Part shown: positions 1 to 9,043 of the stretch, in pieces
How positions within the stretch are numbered: the stretch's first letter is position 1
How the letters are laid out: each line of letters begins with the position of its first letter
DNA from: an uncultured virus (IMG/VR IMGVR_UViG_3300037963_002079)
Taxonomy: Duplodnaviria; Heunggongvirae; Uroviricota; Caudoviricetes
DNA: 20,000 bases
Virus record (IMG/VR): IMGVR_UViG_3300037963_002079
Direction: 5' to 3' (one strand)
Notes under the pieces: model-generated
The model's input: the letters and a program-made list of their open reading frames with translations, nothing else
The model's database searches: none
What the model was told of the DNA's origin: nothing
Translations under genes and position numbers: made by a program

Positions 1-1878
1 ACTTAGTAAATCTGAGGTAGAAAGGTCTGGAGAATACGTACTTGCATTAGTCCTTAACATTCTTAATGGGTCGTATTGTTCTGGCATTTCTATATCACCT
101 ATCCATAAGACGTTTCCTGGCCTCCCCTTTTTATCATATATTTGTACACCAAATCTATATAATTCTCCTCTTCTGTATCCCACTCTGTCTCCTATAGCTG
201 GGTCTTTAGAGCCACCAAGATTTATACTTGATTGATACACATTATCTGTATTATTTGTACCTCCATCGGTTATATTGTCTGTTTGTATATCTTGATACGA
301 CCCCGCATTTATAAAAGGAATTTTATTTGTATTATTTTGACTATCTAACTCTCTTTCTCGTATACCAAAAGTTATTCTACATCCACCAAGTTCATTAGAA
401 TCATAATTATAACTTTCAGCTCCCAAAGTTATACCATCACTTAAATATCTAAATTCGTGTGATTGTTTTTTTTGCACATCTACACGACCATCATCTCTTA
501 TATTAGAGTTTGTACTTATCGAACCTTGACCTTTGTATGTTCTCCATTTCGGACTACCATCATCCCATGTCTGTCCTAATGAAGGTGTAACTTCAGTTAC
601 TACACCACTAGTTTTTTGATATTCTTTTATATCTGAATCTGTTGTTGTTATTCTACCTACATTTCCTGAACCACTTGGTTCTACAACATTATACCTCCTA
701 ACTTTAACATTCCATTCTCTTTCAGATATGGAGTTGTCTCTTGTTCTTAAATTACCAGCAAATAAAATATTATCCTTAATAGCTATATCTTTTGTTACAT
801 CCCAAGTATTATTTTCTATTAATATAGCGTCTATACCGTTTTCTAAATCTCCACTCCAATTAGTATGTGAAAATGTAACCTCAGTAGAATTAGGTTGATA
901 GTTTTGTACTGAAACAAATGCGACACGTATACCACCATTATTTTGTTCATGTAATATAGCGTATAGTTCAATAGCATCAAAACTATCGTCTAAGTCATAT
1001 ATAGTTATTTCGAAACCCTGAGCTCCGACATCTACCGCTGGGTCACCTGATGGCGCTCCGTAGAAACCAGAGTATGTACCAGACTTATTTGTTGTGTGGT
1101 ATAAATTACTGAATGGACTCATTACAGATTCTCCACCATTCCTAGACACATATTTATAACAATACTGTATTTTACCTATTGGTAAACTTCCAGACAATGT
1201 TCTTTCAATCACAGGCTGTGATGGACTATGCATTGGTGTTAAATCTAAAACATCTGGTGACAATAAATTTTTACCTCTTTGATTTATATTTAGAGAACGC
1301 AAAGGATTTATGTTGTCTGTCCAATATATTCTAGATATACATTCGTTTTCTATTAAACCCTCCACTCTTACTGGGTGGTCTAATCTCATGTTCAATCTAG
1401 GATACCGACTCACATTTTGATGGTCGTAACAAACATATAAGTCTGTAACTGATTCTACCTCTAAATTTGCATTAAATTTTACATCTAAAAATATAGTTTC
1501 TGTTACTGCATCCCAATCGTAATTACTTACAGTTTTCAGTACAATAAAAATTACATTAGAACTATAAGAATAGTGTCCAACTATAGAAGCGTCGTGACCA
1601 CTAAATGTATTTACTGTTTGGTTTGGACCAATTTCATTATTATTTGAATCTAAAGTTTTAGGGTCTTTGTATATAGTAATATCTGTTAAATCTAAAAACT
1701 TTTTGTTACCCTCTATATTTTCTACACTAAATGTATTACCTTCATCATTAATTATACGAATATTTAAAGCGTCCCTATAACTACCCTTTGGTTGAAACCT
1801 AGGATTTGCATCTGACACCATACCACCTGTAAAAGCTTGTGGTTGTGATACAGGTTTATTACCTCTTTGTTCTGCCAT
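1..1878 (-). CDS. Tail stabilisation protein (crAss-like Tstab, P22 gp10-like), 3'-truncated at the window edge
   Basis: Not in the ORF track because it runs off the edge. ATG at 1878 reads MAEQRGNKPVSQPQAFTGGMVSDANPRFQPKGSYRDALNIRI..., with IYWTDNINPLRSLNI further in and GYRRGELYRFGVQIYDKKGRPGNVLWIGDIEMP in the same frame near the left edge. I recognise these as crAss-like Tstab motifs, and the gene lies directly after the tail tubular gene. Confidence 0.85.
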   Translation of the reverse strand, partial: MAEQRGNKPVSQPQAFTGGMVSDANPRFQPKGSYRDALNIRIINDEGNTFSVENIEGNKKFLDLTDITIYKDPKTLDSNNNEIGPNQTVNTFSGHDASIVGHYSYSSNVIFIVLKTVSNYDWDAVTETIFLDVKFNANLEVESVTDLYVCYDHQNVSRYPRLNMRLDHPVRVEGLIENECISRIYWTDNINPLRSLNINQRGKNLLSPDVLDLTPMHSPSQPVIERTLSGSLPIGKIQYCYKYVSRNGGESVMSPFSNLYHTTNKSGTYSGFYGAPSGDPAVDVGAQGFEITIYDLDDSFDAIELYAILHEQNNGGIRVAFVSVQNYQPNSTEVTFSHTNWSGDLENGIDAILIENNTWDVTKDIAIKDNILFAGNLRTRDNSISEREWNVKVRRYNVVEPSGSGNVGRITTTDSDIKEYQKTSGVVTEVTPSLGQTWDDGSPKWRTYKGQGSISTNSNIRDDGRVDVQKKQSHEFRYLSDGITLGAESYNYDSNELGGCRITFGIRERELDSQNNTNKIPFINAGSYQDIQTDNITDGGTNNTDNVYQSSINLGGSKDPAIGDRVGYRRGELYRFGVQIYDKKGRPGNVLWIGDIEMPEQYDPLRMLRTNASTYSPDLSTSDLLS

Positions 1879-1880
1879 TT

Positions 1881-2957
1881 TTAAAAGTCAATTAATCCTC
1901 TATTGTTATTCAATGGAACTAATGTATTCCATATTCTACCAATTTGTTTTAGTTCTTCTGATGTCGGCATATTATCATCACCTCTTGCTTTACTACATAA
2001 AAAATACCACCTTTTTTCTATTTCTTTTACAATATACATAGGTAATTGTCCATTTATAAATTCTATGTTTTTATATTGCCACATTATATATTGTGCTACA
2101 GCAGTAGCGTGACTTTCTTTAATCATGGGAAAACCATTAGAATCTGTAGGATACGCAGAATATACTATTGTTATTTCTATAAACTCATCATGTTGTACAT
2201 TAAGTCTATTACCCCTAACATAGTATCTAAGGGACTTTTGGTCTGTTTCATCGTCATTCATACCAACTCTACCTTTATGTACAGCTGTGGGTTTAAATAA
2301 CTCTCTGTGTTTATGTTTTGTGTCTCCTTTACCTACACGTACGCCTAGTAATTTTACTAAATTGTCTGGTAATCTTAATTGTTGATTTGCATATATTCCT
2401 TTACCTCCTGTTAAATGACTACCACTACATTTTGCATTTACCTCATTAGAAGATAAGGTAAACTTATTACCATGTAATCCTACTTCGTCTGCTGTAATAG
2501 TAAGTGTAGTTGAATCTACTGTATATGTACAATTTTCTAACAGATTTGCATATACAAGACCTGGTGAACTTGCTGTATTAGTTGTAGTCGTACCATTTAA
2601 CTCTGCAGCTAACTCTGTTAAGGTTTCTGCTAATGTAGATTGTATACGTACCGTGTTAGTTTCGTTTTGTTGATTTAAATTTGTTGCAGGAGTACCACCA
2701 TCTCTAAAAAATATTGTAACTCCATTAAGCGTTATACTGTCCCCATATGATGGATTAGCTGTAAATGTGATAGTACCTGTAGCCGCTTCACCTGTAGCTG
2801 TAAATGTAGACTCGATTTCTTCAAAAGTATCTCTACTACCTATAAGTAATTCTGCTTCGAAAGCCCATTCCACCCAACTGTTGATGTGTGAACTGTAATC
2901 TTTTAATCCTAAGTTACGTGCTACTGTATTATATATTCTTTCTATATGTACGTACAT
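1881..2957 (-). CDS. Tail tubular/ring protein (crAss-like Ttub, P22 gp4-like) with an internal inserted domain
   Basis: 358 aa. N-terminal helical segment (WVEWAFEAELLIG), LRLPDNL, and C-terminal ITIVYSAYPTDSNGFPMI...AVAQYI...WYFLCSKARG resemble crAss Ttub. It lies immediately upstream of Tstab. Confidence 0.75.
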   Translation of the reverse strand: MYVHIERIYNTVARNLGLKDYSSHINSWVEWAFEAELLIGSRDTFEEIESTFTATGEAATGTITFTANPSYGDSITLNGVTIFFRDGGTPATNLNQQNETNTVRIQSTLAETLTELAAELNGTTTTNTASSPGLVYANLLENCTYTVDSTTLTITADEVGLHGNKFTLSSNEVNAKCSGSHLTGGKGIYANQQLRLPDNLVKLLGVRVGKGDTKHKHRELFKPTAVHKGRVGMNDDETDQKSLRYYVRGNRLNVQHDEFIEITIVYSAYPTDSNGFPMIKESHATAVAQYIMWQYKNIEFINGQLPMYIVKEIEKRWYFLCSKARGDDNMPTSEELKQIGRIWNTLVPLNNNRGLIDF

Positions 2958-2961
2958 AATT

Positions 2962-3423
2962 TTATACTGACGCTATAAATACTTCTAATTGATGACCAGC
3001 CACTCCTTTTACTTTTAATGCAGTAGCATTGTCTAATGTCGAACCTCCGTTACCACCTTCTACCGTAGTTCCTGTATACATAATACTTGTAGCTGGAGCT
3101 AGTGATGTGTAAGCTGCGTCTGAATCTTCATCATCTAATCCAACTTGTAAAGCGTCTGTTCCGTCTAAATTAGTAACTCTTATATATTTTACATCTGCTC
3201 TTTTAAATGTTCCTACAGATTCTGCAGAACCAAATGTTGCAACTTCAGTTAGATTTGTGTTTGCTAGTTTTAATACTCTTTTAGAAACATTAGCTATTGA
3301 AGCAAATGTATGTGTGCATGTTTGTGCAAAGTCTCTATCATTACCAGAAACATCATGTCCAACTGATAAGGCTTCTGTTATTGTAACTGTTAGGGTGCCT
3401 GCATTTACATCAGTATCTGCCAT
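2962..3423 (-). CDS. Hypothetical virion structural protein (beta-rich)
   Basis: 153 aa, T/A/G/V-rich with the motif DVKYIRVTNLD, embedded in the tail gene block with tight spacing to its neighbours. Confidence 0.55.
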   Translation of the reverse strand: MADTDVNAGTLTVTITEALSVGHDVSGNDRDFAQTCTHTFASIANVSKRVLKLANTNLTEVATFGSAESVGTFKRADVKYIRVTNLDGTDALQVGLDDEDSDAAYTSLAPATSIMYTGTTVEGGNGGSTLDNATALKVKGVAGHQLEVFIASV

Positions 3424-3429
3424 AATTTT

Positions 3430-3825
3430 TTATTTTAAATTATTAATTACTCTTTTATATATACCTAGTGGCATTATCTTACAATTCTTATATTGTTTAG
3501 GTCTTACCCATACAAGTTTATGATAAAAATCGTCTAGTATAGGAACCTTATATTTTACTAACTCCCCTTTCTCTTTACTTGCTTTCTGGTCCACGCGCAC
3601 GTGAAAAGCTCTTTTATGTTTTCTTTTGTCTAAATATACATAACCCATTTTATTAGGTAAATATATTTTATCTTCTTTTACAACTAAATCTCTCAATACT
3701 ATTTCAAAATATCTTTTTACTATTTTGTAAAATGTACTGTAATCTATTTTCTTTATTAATTTATCTCTAACATTCTTGTACATTTCTCGTACTTGAACAT
3801 ACTTGTGTTTATATTTACTGCTCAT
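3430..3825 (-). CDS. IHF/HU-like basic DNA-binding protein (crAss-like conserved gene)
   Basis: 131 aa, very basic. A helix followed by IYLPNKMGYVYLDKRK resembles the HU/IHF beta-arm. Its position between ring genes and Ttub matches crAss-like synteny. Confidence 0.6.
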   Translation of the reverse strand: MSSKYKHKYVQVREMYKNVRDKLIKKIDYSTFYKIVKRYFEIVLRDLVVKEDKIYLPNKMGYVYLDKRKHKRAFHVRVDQKASKEKGELVKYKVPILDDFYHKLVWVRPKQYKNCKIMPLGIYKRVINNLK

Positions 3826-4696
3826 TACCTATCTTTATTTTTGTTGTATCCACATTGTCTTCTACTAAATCATTAGGTGTTTTTAATACAAGATTCATTT
3901 CTACTTCTGCTACTCTTGAATTTAACAATGGTATATCTTCCTCGGCTATCGGATAGTAACTACTACTATGACTAAAGTTTTCGTATGTCGTTACACCACT
4001 AGATACACTTTGTACTTTTTTTGCTTGTGTTGGGTCTGTTAATATACCCCAAACATCAACCCAATAATCGTATATGTTTGTATTGTTATTTTCTACAACC
4101 TGATACCTTAATCCTGATATTTCTAAATTTAAATTATTGAGGTCTGTATACAATACGGCGTATGGTTCTAAAGTTTTTGTAAATTTATTAGCCCATGCAA
4201 ATTTTACATCATCTTTTGATTTTATAGTTAGTTTTTTCCAACCAGTCCACCTACCAAATGTAGTAGAACCACCTGATGAACTTATTACTCTTTTTCTTAA
4301 TCTAATATCTGTTACACCATCTATATTTCCTACATTTATAGTACTTGGTATAGCTAGGTGTTTAGAAAATGTATTAAACTGTTTACCTTCATTCCAGTCT
4401 ACACCATTATAATCATTCAAAGCAAAACCATAACTATCTTCTACAGAATTTGATAAAGAAGATTGATTACCATATAACTCGTCTTTATCTGAATATTCTA
4501 TTCTTTCTGACGCTATAGGTTGTATGTATCTTCTGTCTATAGGTTGTCTCGATTTTAATTTTTCCTCTATTATTTTTGCTCTATGATAATGTACCCAATA
4601 TTTTATTTGTCTTGTGTCTATGTTGTTTTCCAACTTCTCGTCACCACCAGACATTAATTCTTTAATATTGTATGCTATTTCGTTTAATGTTGCCAT
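3815..4696 (-). CDS. Conserved crAss-like structural (ring/tail adaptor-type) protein
   Basis: 293 aa. TLNEIAYNI...IDTRQIKYWVHYHRAKII, FAWANKFT, GILTDP and YYPI...PNDLVED match the pattern of the conserved gene found downstream of the MCP block. Confidence 0.65.
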   Translation of the reverse strand: MATLNEIAYNIKELMSGGDEKLENNIDTRQIKYWVHYHRAKIIEEKLKSRQPIDRRYIQPIASERIEYSDKDELYGNQSSLSNSVEDSYGFALNDYNGVDWNEGKQFNTFSKHLAIPSTINVGNIDGVTDIRLRKRVISSSGGSTTFGRWTGWKKLTIKSKDDVKFAWANKFTKTLEPYAVLYTDLNNLNLEISGLRYQVVENNNTNIYDYWVDVWGILTDPTQAKKVQSVSSGVTTYENFSHSSSYYPIAEEDIPLLNSRVAEVEMNLVLKTPNDLVEDNVDTTKIKIGNEQ

Positions 4697-4712
4697 ATGT
4701 GTATATTATTTA

Positions 4713-4720
4713 CAAAATTA
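4713..4720 (-). promoter_or_regulatory. Bacteroidota-type -7 promoter box (TAATTTTG)
   Basis: Minus strand reads TTTGTAATTTTGTA, 16 nt upstream of the ATG at 4696, matching the TAnnTTTG consensus. Confidence 0.55.
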
Positions 4721-4733
4721 CAAATTTTATCTC

Positions 4734-4797
4734 AATAAACAGAAATAGGCCCTCACAAATTAATGTTTAGACCTATTTCCTTTGCACAGGGAGCAAA
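4734..4797 (-). terminator. Intergenic double hairpin, probable intrinsic terminator
   Basis: Minus strand: TTTGC-TCCCTGT-GCAAA hairpin, then a GAAATAGGTCT...GGGCCTATTTC stem followed by TGTTTATT, downstream of the 4814 stop. Confidence 0.45.
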
Positions 4798-4813
4798 ATA
4801 TTTTTACCCTGAA

Positions 4814-5416
4814 TTATTGTTTTTGTTCTGCGTTTATTATCTGATAATTTGGATTTTCAATATTAGCTGTCATTTTTCTTACAACTATTTTTAGAATATC
4901 ATGTTGATAATGTTCTGGAATATCTTCCCACTCACTAACAGTTAGGTGTGATAAAAATCTTATACTGAACTCGTCAGTAGATGTAAAGTCAATAGACCCG
5001 CCATTATTAAAGAATAACTTAGGTTCTCCTGATTCCTGTGTTACCGCACATATTGGATTGTTTTCGTCTACACTTTTAAACGGATTACTTGTACGTGTTA
5101 ATTCACTAAATTCGTCATCTGATACTATTTTACATGTTACACCATTTAACACAGCATTTGTTAAGTGTAAATAGGATATATCAAATGTAACACTATCTGT
5201 TGACGCTGTAACATTACCAGTACTTTCAGTTGCTGAATATCTATTTCCAATTATTTCAGAATAATCTTGATTTATTCTCATAAGAGCATACCTAGAGTTT
5301 AAAAACTCTGTTATAGACATATTGATAAATTTATCTTTTTCATCATCTTGAAAATATGGTTGATTTGCTTTATCTAATAATAAATCTAAATATTCGTACG
5401 CATCTGTGAGTGTCAT
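4814..5416 (-). CDS. Conserved crAss-like structural ring/adaptor protein
   Basis: 200 aa. LLLDKANQPYFQDDEKDKFIN, SNPFK and DIPEHYQHDILKIVVR resemble crAss head-tail connector ring proteins. Synteny agrees. Confidence 0.65.
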   Translation of the reverse strand: MTLTDAYEYLDLLLDKANQPYFQDDEKDKFINMSITEFLNSRYALMRINQDYSEIIGNRYSATESTGNVTASTDSVTFDISYLHLTNAVLNGVTCKIVSDDEFSELTRTSNPFKSVDENNPICAVTQESGEPKLFFNNGGSIDFTSTDEFSIRFLSHLTVSEWEDIPEHYQHDILKIVVRKMTANIENPNYQIINAEQKQ

Positions 5417-5422
5417 TCGTTA

Positions 5423-6160
5423 TTACTTTTTTAAATTATCTATTTCTTTTTCTATTTCAGAAATTGCAGAACCAGCTCTTAGTGGATGTTGTTCCACTTC
5501 TTCTAATTCAATAGTTTCTTCTACAGGTGTTACTCCAGTTCTAAGTTGGTGTTTTAATAATGCGTATGTATCACCATTATCTTTTAACCATACAATAGCC
5601 TGGTCATCTGTCATACCTATATTAAGTGTATTATGTTTCCATACACCATTTACTTTTGTTAAAAGTTTTTCATTAAAAGCTTTTTTCAAAAATATTCTAT
5701 GTTCTTTATCAATGTCGTTTAATTGTTCTAAGAACTTTGCTGGTTTTGTACTCGCGTGTTGTATTATTTTAGCTCTTAACAACATTTCTTGTAAAGTACT
5801 ATCCAGTCCAAGTAATAAAGCAAAATCTTTTAATTCTTGTTCTTTTAGTTGTGAAGCTGTTGTCACAGCTTGTGCTGACAAAATTGATGTTTCTGCATTC
5901 TGTCTTTCTGTTGCAGACACATCTTCAACTATAAACTTTTTTATTAGAGGATGGTCTTTTAAAAACTCATATACAGACTTGTCGTACTCGTCATTTATAT
6001 TAAGTGATACAACTGCGTTAAACATTTCATATCCACTTGTTTCTAATCCATTTATGTCTATTAATTTTTGTATTTTACCTCTTTTATCTTTGTAAGTACC
6101 AAACTTACAGTAATTAAATTTTTCTGGTTTTCTTGCTTTAATTAATACGATGTGTTTCAT
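5423..6160 (-). CDS. Conserved crAss-like protein downstream of the capsid genes
   Basis: 245 aa. YEFLKDHP, PAKFLE and IGMTDDQAIVWLKD resemble the conserved gene that follows MCP in crAss-like phages. Confidence 0.6.
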   Translation of the reverse strand: MKHIVLIKARKPEKFNYCKFGTYKDKRGKIQKLIDINGLETSGYEMFNAVVSLNINDEYDKSVYEFLKDHPLIKKFIVEDVSATERQNAETSILSAQAVTTASQLKEQELKDFALLLGLDSTLQEMLLRAKIIQHASTKPAKFLEQLNDIDKEHRIFLKKAFNEKLLTKVNGVWKHNTLNIGMTDDQAIVWLKDNGDTYALLKHQLRTGVTPVEETIELEEVEQHPLRAGSAISEIEKEIDNLKK

Positions 6161-6189
6161 TTTATTTATTTTTTATTAATACTCCCTAT

Positions 6190-6393
6190 TTATTTGGATA
6201 ATTTCTTACCCTTATTTTCTTTAATTATTCTTCCGTTTTCTACCCATGTTTTATTGGCAGACTCTGTTCTCCATTTGAATCCAGACTGCCCGCCTATGTA
6301 AAATCTTTTTTTGTTTTTATCAGCTTCTGCAGCTTTCTTTTTTAAGTAATCTGGGTCACCTGATAAATCTTGTAAATATTTCATTAAATTCAT
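6190..6393 (-). CDS. Hypothetical small basic protein
   Basis: 67-aa ORF on the operon strand that fills the gap between its neighbours. Confidence 0.55.
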   Translation of the reverse strand: MNLMKYLQDLSGDPDYLKKKAAEADKNKKRFYIGGQSGFKWRTESANKTWVENGRIIKENKGKKLSK

Positions 6394-6405
6394 GGTCTTC
6401 GTTTT

Positions 6406-6437
6406 AAGAATTTGGGGGAGCCTAAACTCCCCCTAAA
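6406..6437 (-). terminator. GC-rich hairpin, probable terminator after the capsid accessory genes
   Basis: GGGGGAG (6414-6420) and CTCCCCC (6427-6433) form a perfect 7-bp stem just after the 6451 stop. The U-tract is weak. Confidence 0.55.
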
Positions 6438-6450
6438 CTCTAATTATCTA

Positions 6451-7005
6451 TTAAGATTCAGCATCAGCAAAAGGTGTAGCCAATGTACCATCTCCAACTA
6501 GTACTCCAGAAACTAACCAATTAGTTCCATCACATACTATTCGAATATGACCACCTGGGTCGTTACCCTTTGTAGCAGCGTCTAAATTAATAAAATCATT
6601 ACTGTCATTGTCAGAATTAAAATGTTCTGATTTATCGGAAGTATCTTTATCAACAAGGACAAGTCCTCCAATAAAGTAACCATCACCAACTGTAATGTGT
6701 GTCGCATTAGAAGCTTGAGCGTGATTTATCATAATATCTACATACCAACCAGCTCCTGCTTGAGCAGCAGTTGGTAAAGTCAAGATACCAGCACTAGTAT
6801 CACCTGTTACAACGATACTACCACTATCACCGTTCTCTATACTCAAAGCAGAACTCCATGTAATAATGTTAGCTTTTGCTGCTCTTAATTGTGGAACAAA
6901 GATAGCTTCTTTTCCACTTGCAACCGCGGAACCGTCAGATTGAGAACCAGGTAAAAAACCTCTAATTGCAGTTCTTAGTTTGTTAAAATCAAATTTTATT
7001 GCCAT
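6451..7005 (-). CDS. Putative capsid decoration/head fibre protein
   Basis: Start reassigned to ATG 7005 (MAIKFDFNK...), which has the same A-rich leader as MCP. Beta-rich with LTLPTAAQAGAG and IRIVCDGTNWLVSG, two genes downstream of MCP. Confidence 0.55.
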   Translation of the reverse strand: MAIKFDFNKLRTAIRGFLPGSQSDGSAVASGKEAIFVPQLRAAKANIITWSSALSIENGDSGSIVVTGDTSAGILTLPTAAQAGAGWYVDIMINHAQASNATHITVGDGYFIGGLVLVDKDTSDKSEHFNSDNDSNDFINLDAATKGNDPGGHIRIVCDGTNWLVSGVLVGDGTLATPFADAES

Positions 7006-7034
7006 TTTTTTTAAATTTTTAAAGTTTATAAATA

Positions 7035-7072
7035 GGAGACCTGCATTAAGGCACAATCTTCTACAGGCCCCC
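7035..7072 (-). other. Intergenic stem-loop
   Basis: Minus strand GGGGGCCTGTA pairs with TGCAGGTCTCC (11 bp including G-U pairs) between the 7090 stop and the 7005 start. Confidence 0.45.
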
Positions 7073-7089
7073 GTTAATTAATTATATGC

Positions 7090-7386
7090 TTACGCAGATA
7101 TTGCAACAGCAGCACACGCAGTAACATTTGGCATAAATACACTATTTATGTCGTCAGCAACTGTATACACTCCTCTTGTTTCAGTTAATATTCTACCAAG
7201 TTCTTTTAAGACCTCATCACCTTTTCCAGAATCTACAGTAATATCAGCGGTTCCGATTCCGTTGTCGTCACCAGCAAATGATATTTCAATATTAGTGTCT
7301 GATGTAGCGGAAATAAATCTTACAGCATTACCAGGTATTAGAATTTTTTCATCTGCGTCTTTTATTAAAACTAAACAATTTTTCAT
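7090..7386 (-). CDS. Small putative capsid-associated protein
   Basis: 98 aa, directly downstream of MCP, with an A-rich leader. Confidence 0.55.
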   Translation of the reverse strand: MKNCLVLIKDADEKILIPGNAVRFISATSDTNIEISFAGDDNGIGTADITVDSGKGDEVLKELGRILTETRGVYTVADDINSVFMPNVTACAAVAISA

Positions 7387-7412
7387 TTTTTAAATTTTTT
7401 AAAGGTTAATAA

Positions 7413-8960
7413 TTACGATACAGAAAGGATACCACAAGATAATGGGTTTCTAACTACGATACCAGTTTCAGAAAGCACGTGTGCTTCAAACTTGTCATCA
7501 GCGTTAGCAGCCAACATTGAACTTTGGTCATAAGGGTTTACCATTCCAGAAACATATTTCTTAATCATACTTCTGTTAGTTCCCTCAGCTCCTTTAGTAA
7601 CTAACTCAACATTAGATACACCAGAAGTACTTCCGAAGTCCATGAATACCATCTTAGCAGACTCTTTTAATCTGTTGTCACCAAATGAATTAGTTCCACC
7701 AGCAGTAGAGTGTAAGTGTGGGTCATCGAACACTGGACAGTAAGCGATTGTAATTTTGTTTCCTAAAGCTTGGTATGAAACGAAGTTAGCTCCTAAGTCT
7801 ACATTTCCGCTTACACCTGACATAGAACCACCAGTAAACGCACCCGCTGGGGCAACGATTAATTCTTTCATAGCTCTATGGAACGCTAATCTACCTTCAG
7901 TACCAGTAAATACTACATACTCGTTACCTTCTGATTGAGTTGCGTTAAGTGATAATTTAGCAATAAACTCAGTGATTATATCTTCAGTTAAAGACCCCAT
8001 TGAATATGAAGCTTGGTTTGAAGAATCAATTTGAGCTAATAAACCATCACCTGTAATAATAGAAGCACCTGCAGTTCCTGAAGTTCCTAAAGCAGAAGAA
8101 ACCAAAGCTCCTGGTCTTGCTACAGTGTTTACACCTCCTTCATTAGTTACAGACTTTCTTCCGTACCATCTTTGTAATTCTTGTTGGTACATGAACTCGT
8201 CCATCATCATTTGTTCTCTTGTAAAGTACCATAATCTAGAACCATTGTTTTCAATCCAAGAAATATCGGTAAGGTCTTTACCTGTTACTGTACATTTCTT
8301 TCTCATTGTAGTTAAATAGTTCTTATGTGTTGATGGGTAGTAGAAGTTCTCACCTACATCAGCTCCGTTGGAACCATTTGGAAATGCAGAACCGATAGAA
8401 GCAATAATAGCTTCGTCAGCTACATCTGTTTCTAATAAAGGTTGAGCAGACGCGTCTACCATTTCAAATTTTACAACGAAATCTGTAGAAGCTGCTGAAG
8501 CAGTTGTGTTAGCAATTGGGTCTTCTACAACGATAGCAGTTGCTCCTGATTGGAATCTTACCATATCGAACTTGTTTAAGAAGTCACCAGTTCTATCTGT
8601 AGCTGTACCATCAATTATAATTTCGAATACATCACCATTAGCATCAGCTCCATCTAAAATAATACCTGTAGTTGATGTTGGTGTATTCGTAAATGCTGTA
8701 TCAGCAGATACTCCTTTAAAGAAACCTGTAGAATATGATGGTCTATTGTATCTTCCCATTACCTTCCACTCAAAAGAGTTGTCTCCTAATACTTTTTCTT
8801 GTGCGAACCTTCCAGTTCTTTCTAATAAATACGTAGCTGAGTATCTTGGATATTGCTGAATTAAAGTTCTAGCAATTTCTGGATACTGCATTAAAGCTGT
8901 ATTTAGGGCGTTTTCTGCGGTAGTACCATTTCCGTACTCACCTGAATAAACTTTTGCCAT
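7413..8960 (-). CDS. Major capsid protein (crAss-like, HK97 fold)
   Basis: 515 aa. FEWKVMG, NYLTTMRK, TGDGLLAQI, VVFTGTEG, CPVFDD and GIVVRNP resemble crAss-like MCP. The order TerL-portal-acidic protein-MCP agrees. Confidence 0.88.
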   Translation of the reverse strand: MAKVYSGEYGNGTTAENALNTALMQYPEIARTLIQQYPRYSATYLLERTGRFAQEKVLGDNSFEWKVMGRYNRPSYSTGFFKGVSADTAFTNTPTSTTGIILDGADANGDVFEIIIDGTATDRTGDFLNKFDMVRFQSGATAIVVEDPIANTTASAASTDFVVKFEMVDASAQPLLETDVADEAIIASIGSAFPNGSNGADVGENFYYPSTHKNYLTTMRKKCTVTGKDLTDISWIENNGSRLWYFTREQMMMDEFMYQQELQRWYGRKSVTNEGGVNTVARPGALVSSALGTSGTAGASIITGDGLLAQIDSSNQASYSMGSLTEDIITEFIAKLSLNATQSEGNEYVVFTGTEGRLAFHRAMKELIVAPAGAFTGGSMSGVSGNVDLGANFVSYQALGNKITIAYCPVFDDPHLHSTAGGTNSFGDNRLKESAKMVFMDFGSTSGVSNVELVTKGAEGTNRSMIKKYVSGMVNPYDQSSMLAANADDKFEAHVLSETGIVVRNPLSCGILSVS

Positions 8961-9043
8961 TTTTTTAAATTTATTAATTAAACATTATTTTATTTTGTTC
9001 AATTAACTTTCAACTCTAGCAGACTTTGTCTTACTTTTTTTAT

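Noticed and set aside
7006..7056. Upstream start for the 6451 gene as given in the ORF track
   Set aside because: The extension overlaps an intergenic hairpin, and ATG 7005 has the A-rich leader shared with neighbouring genes.
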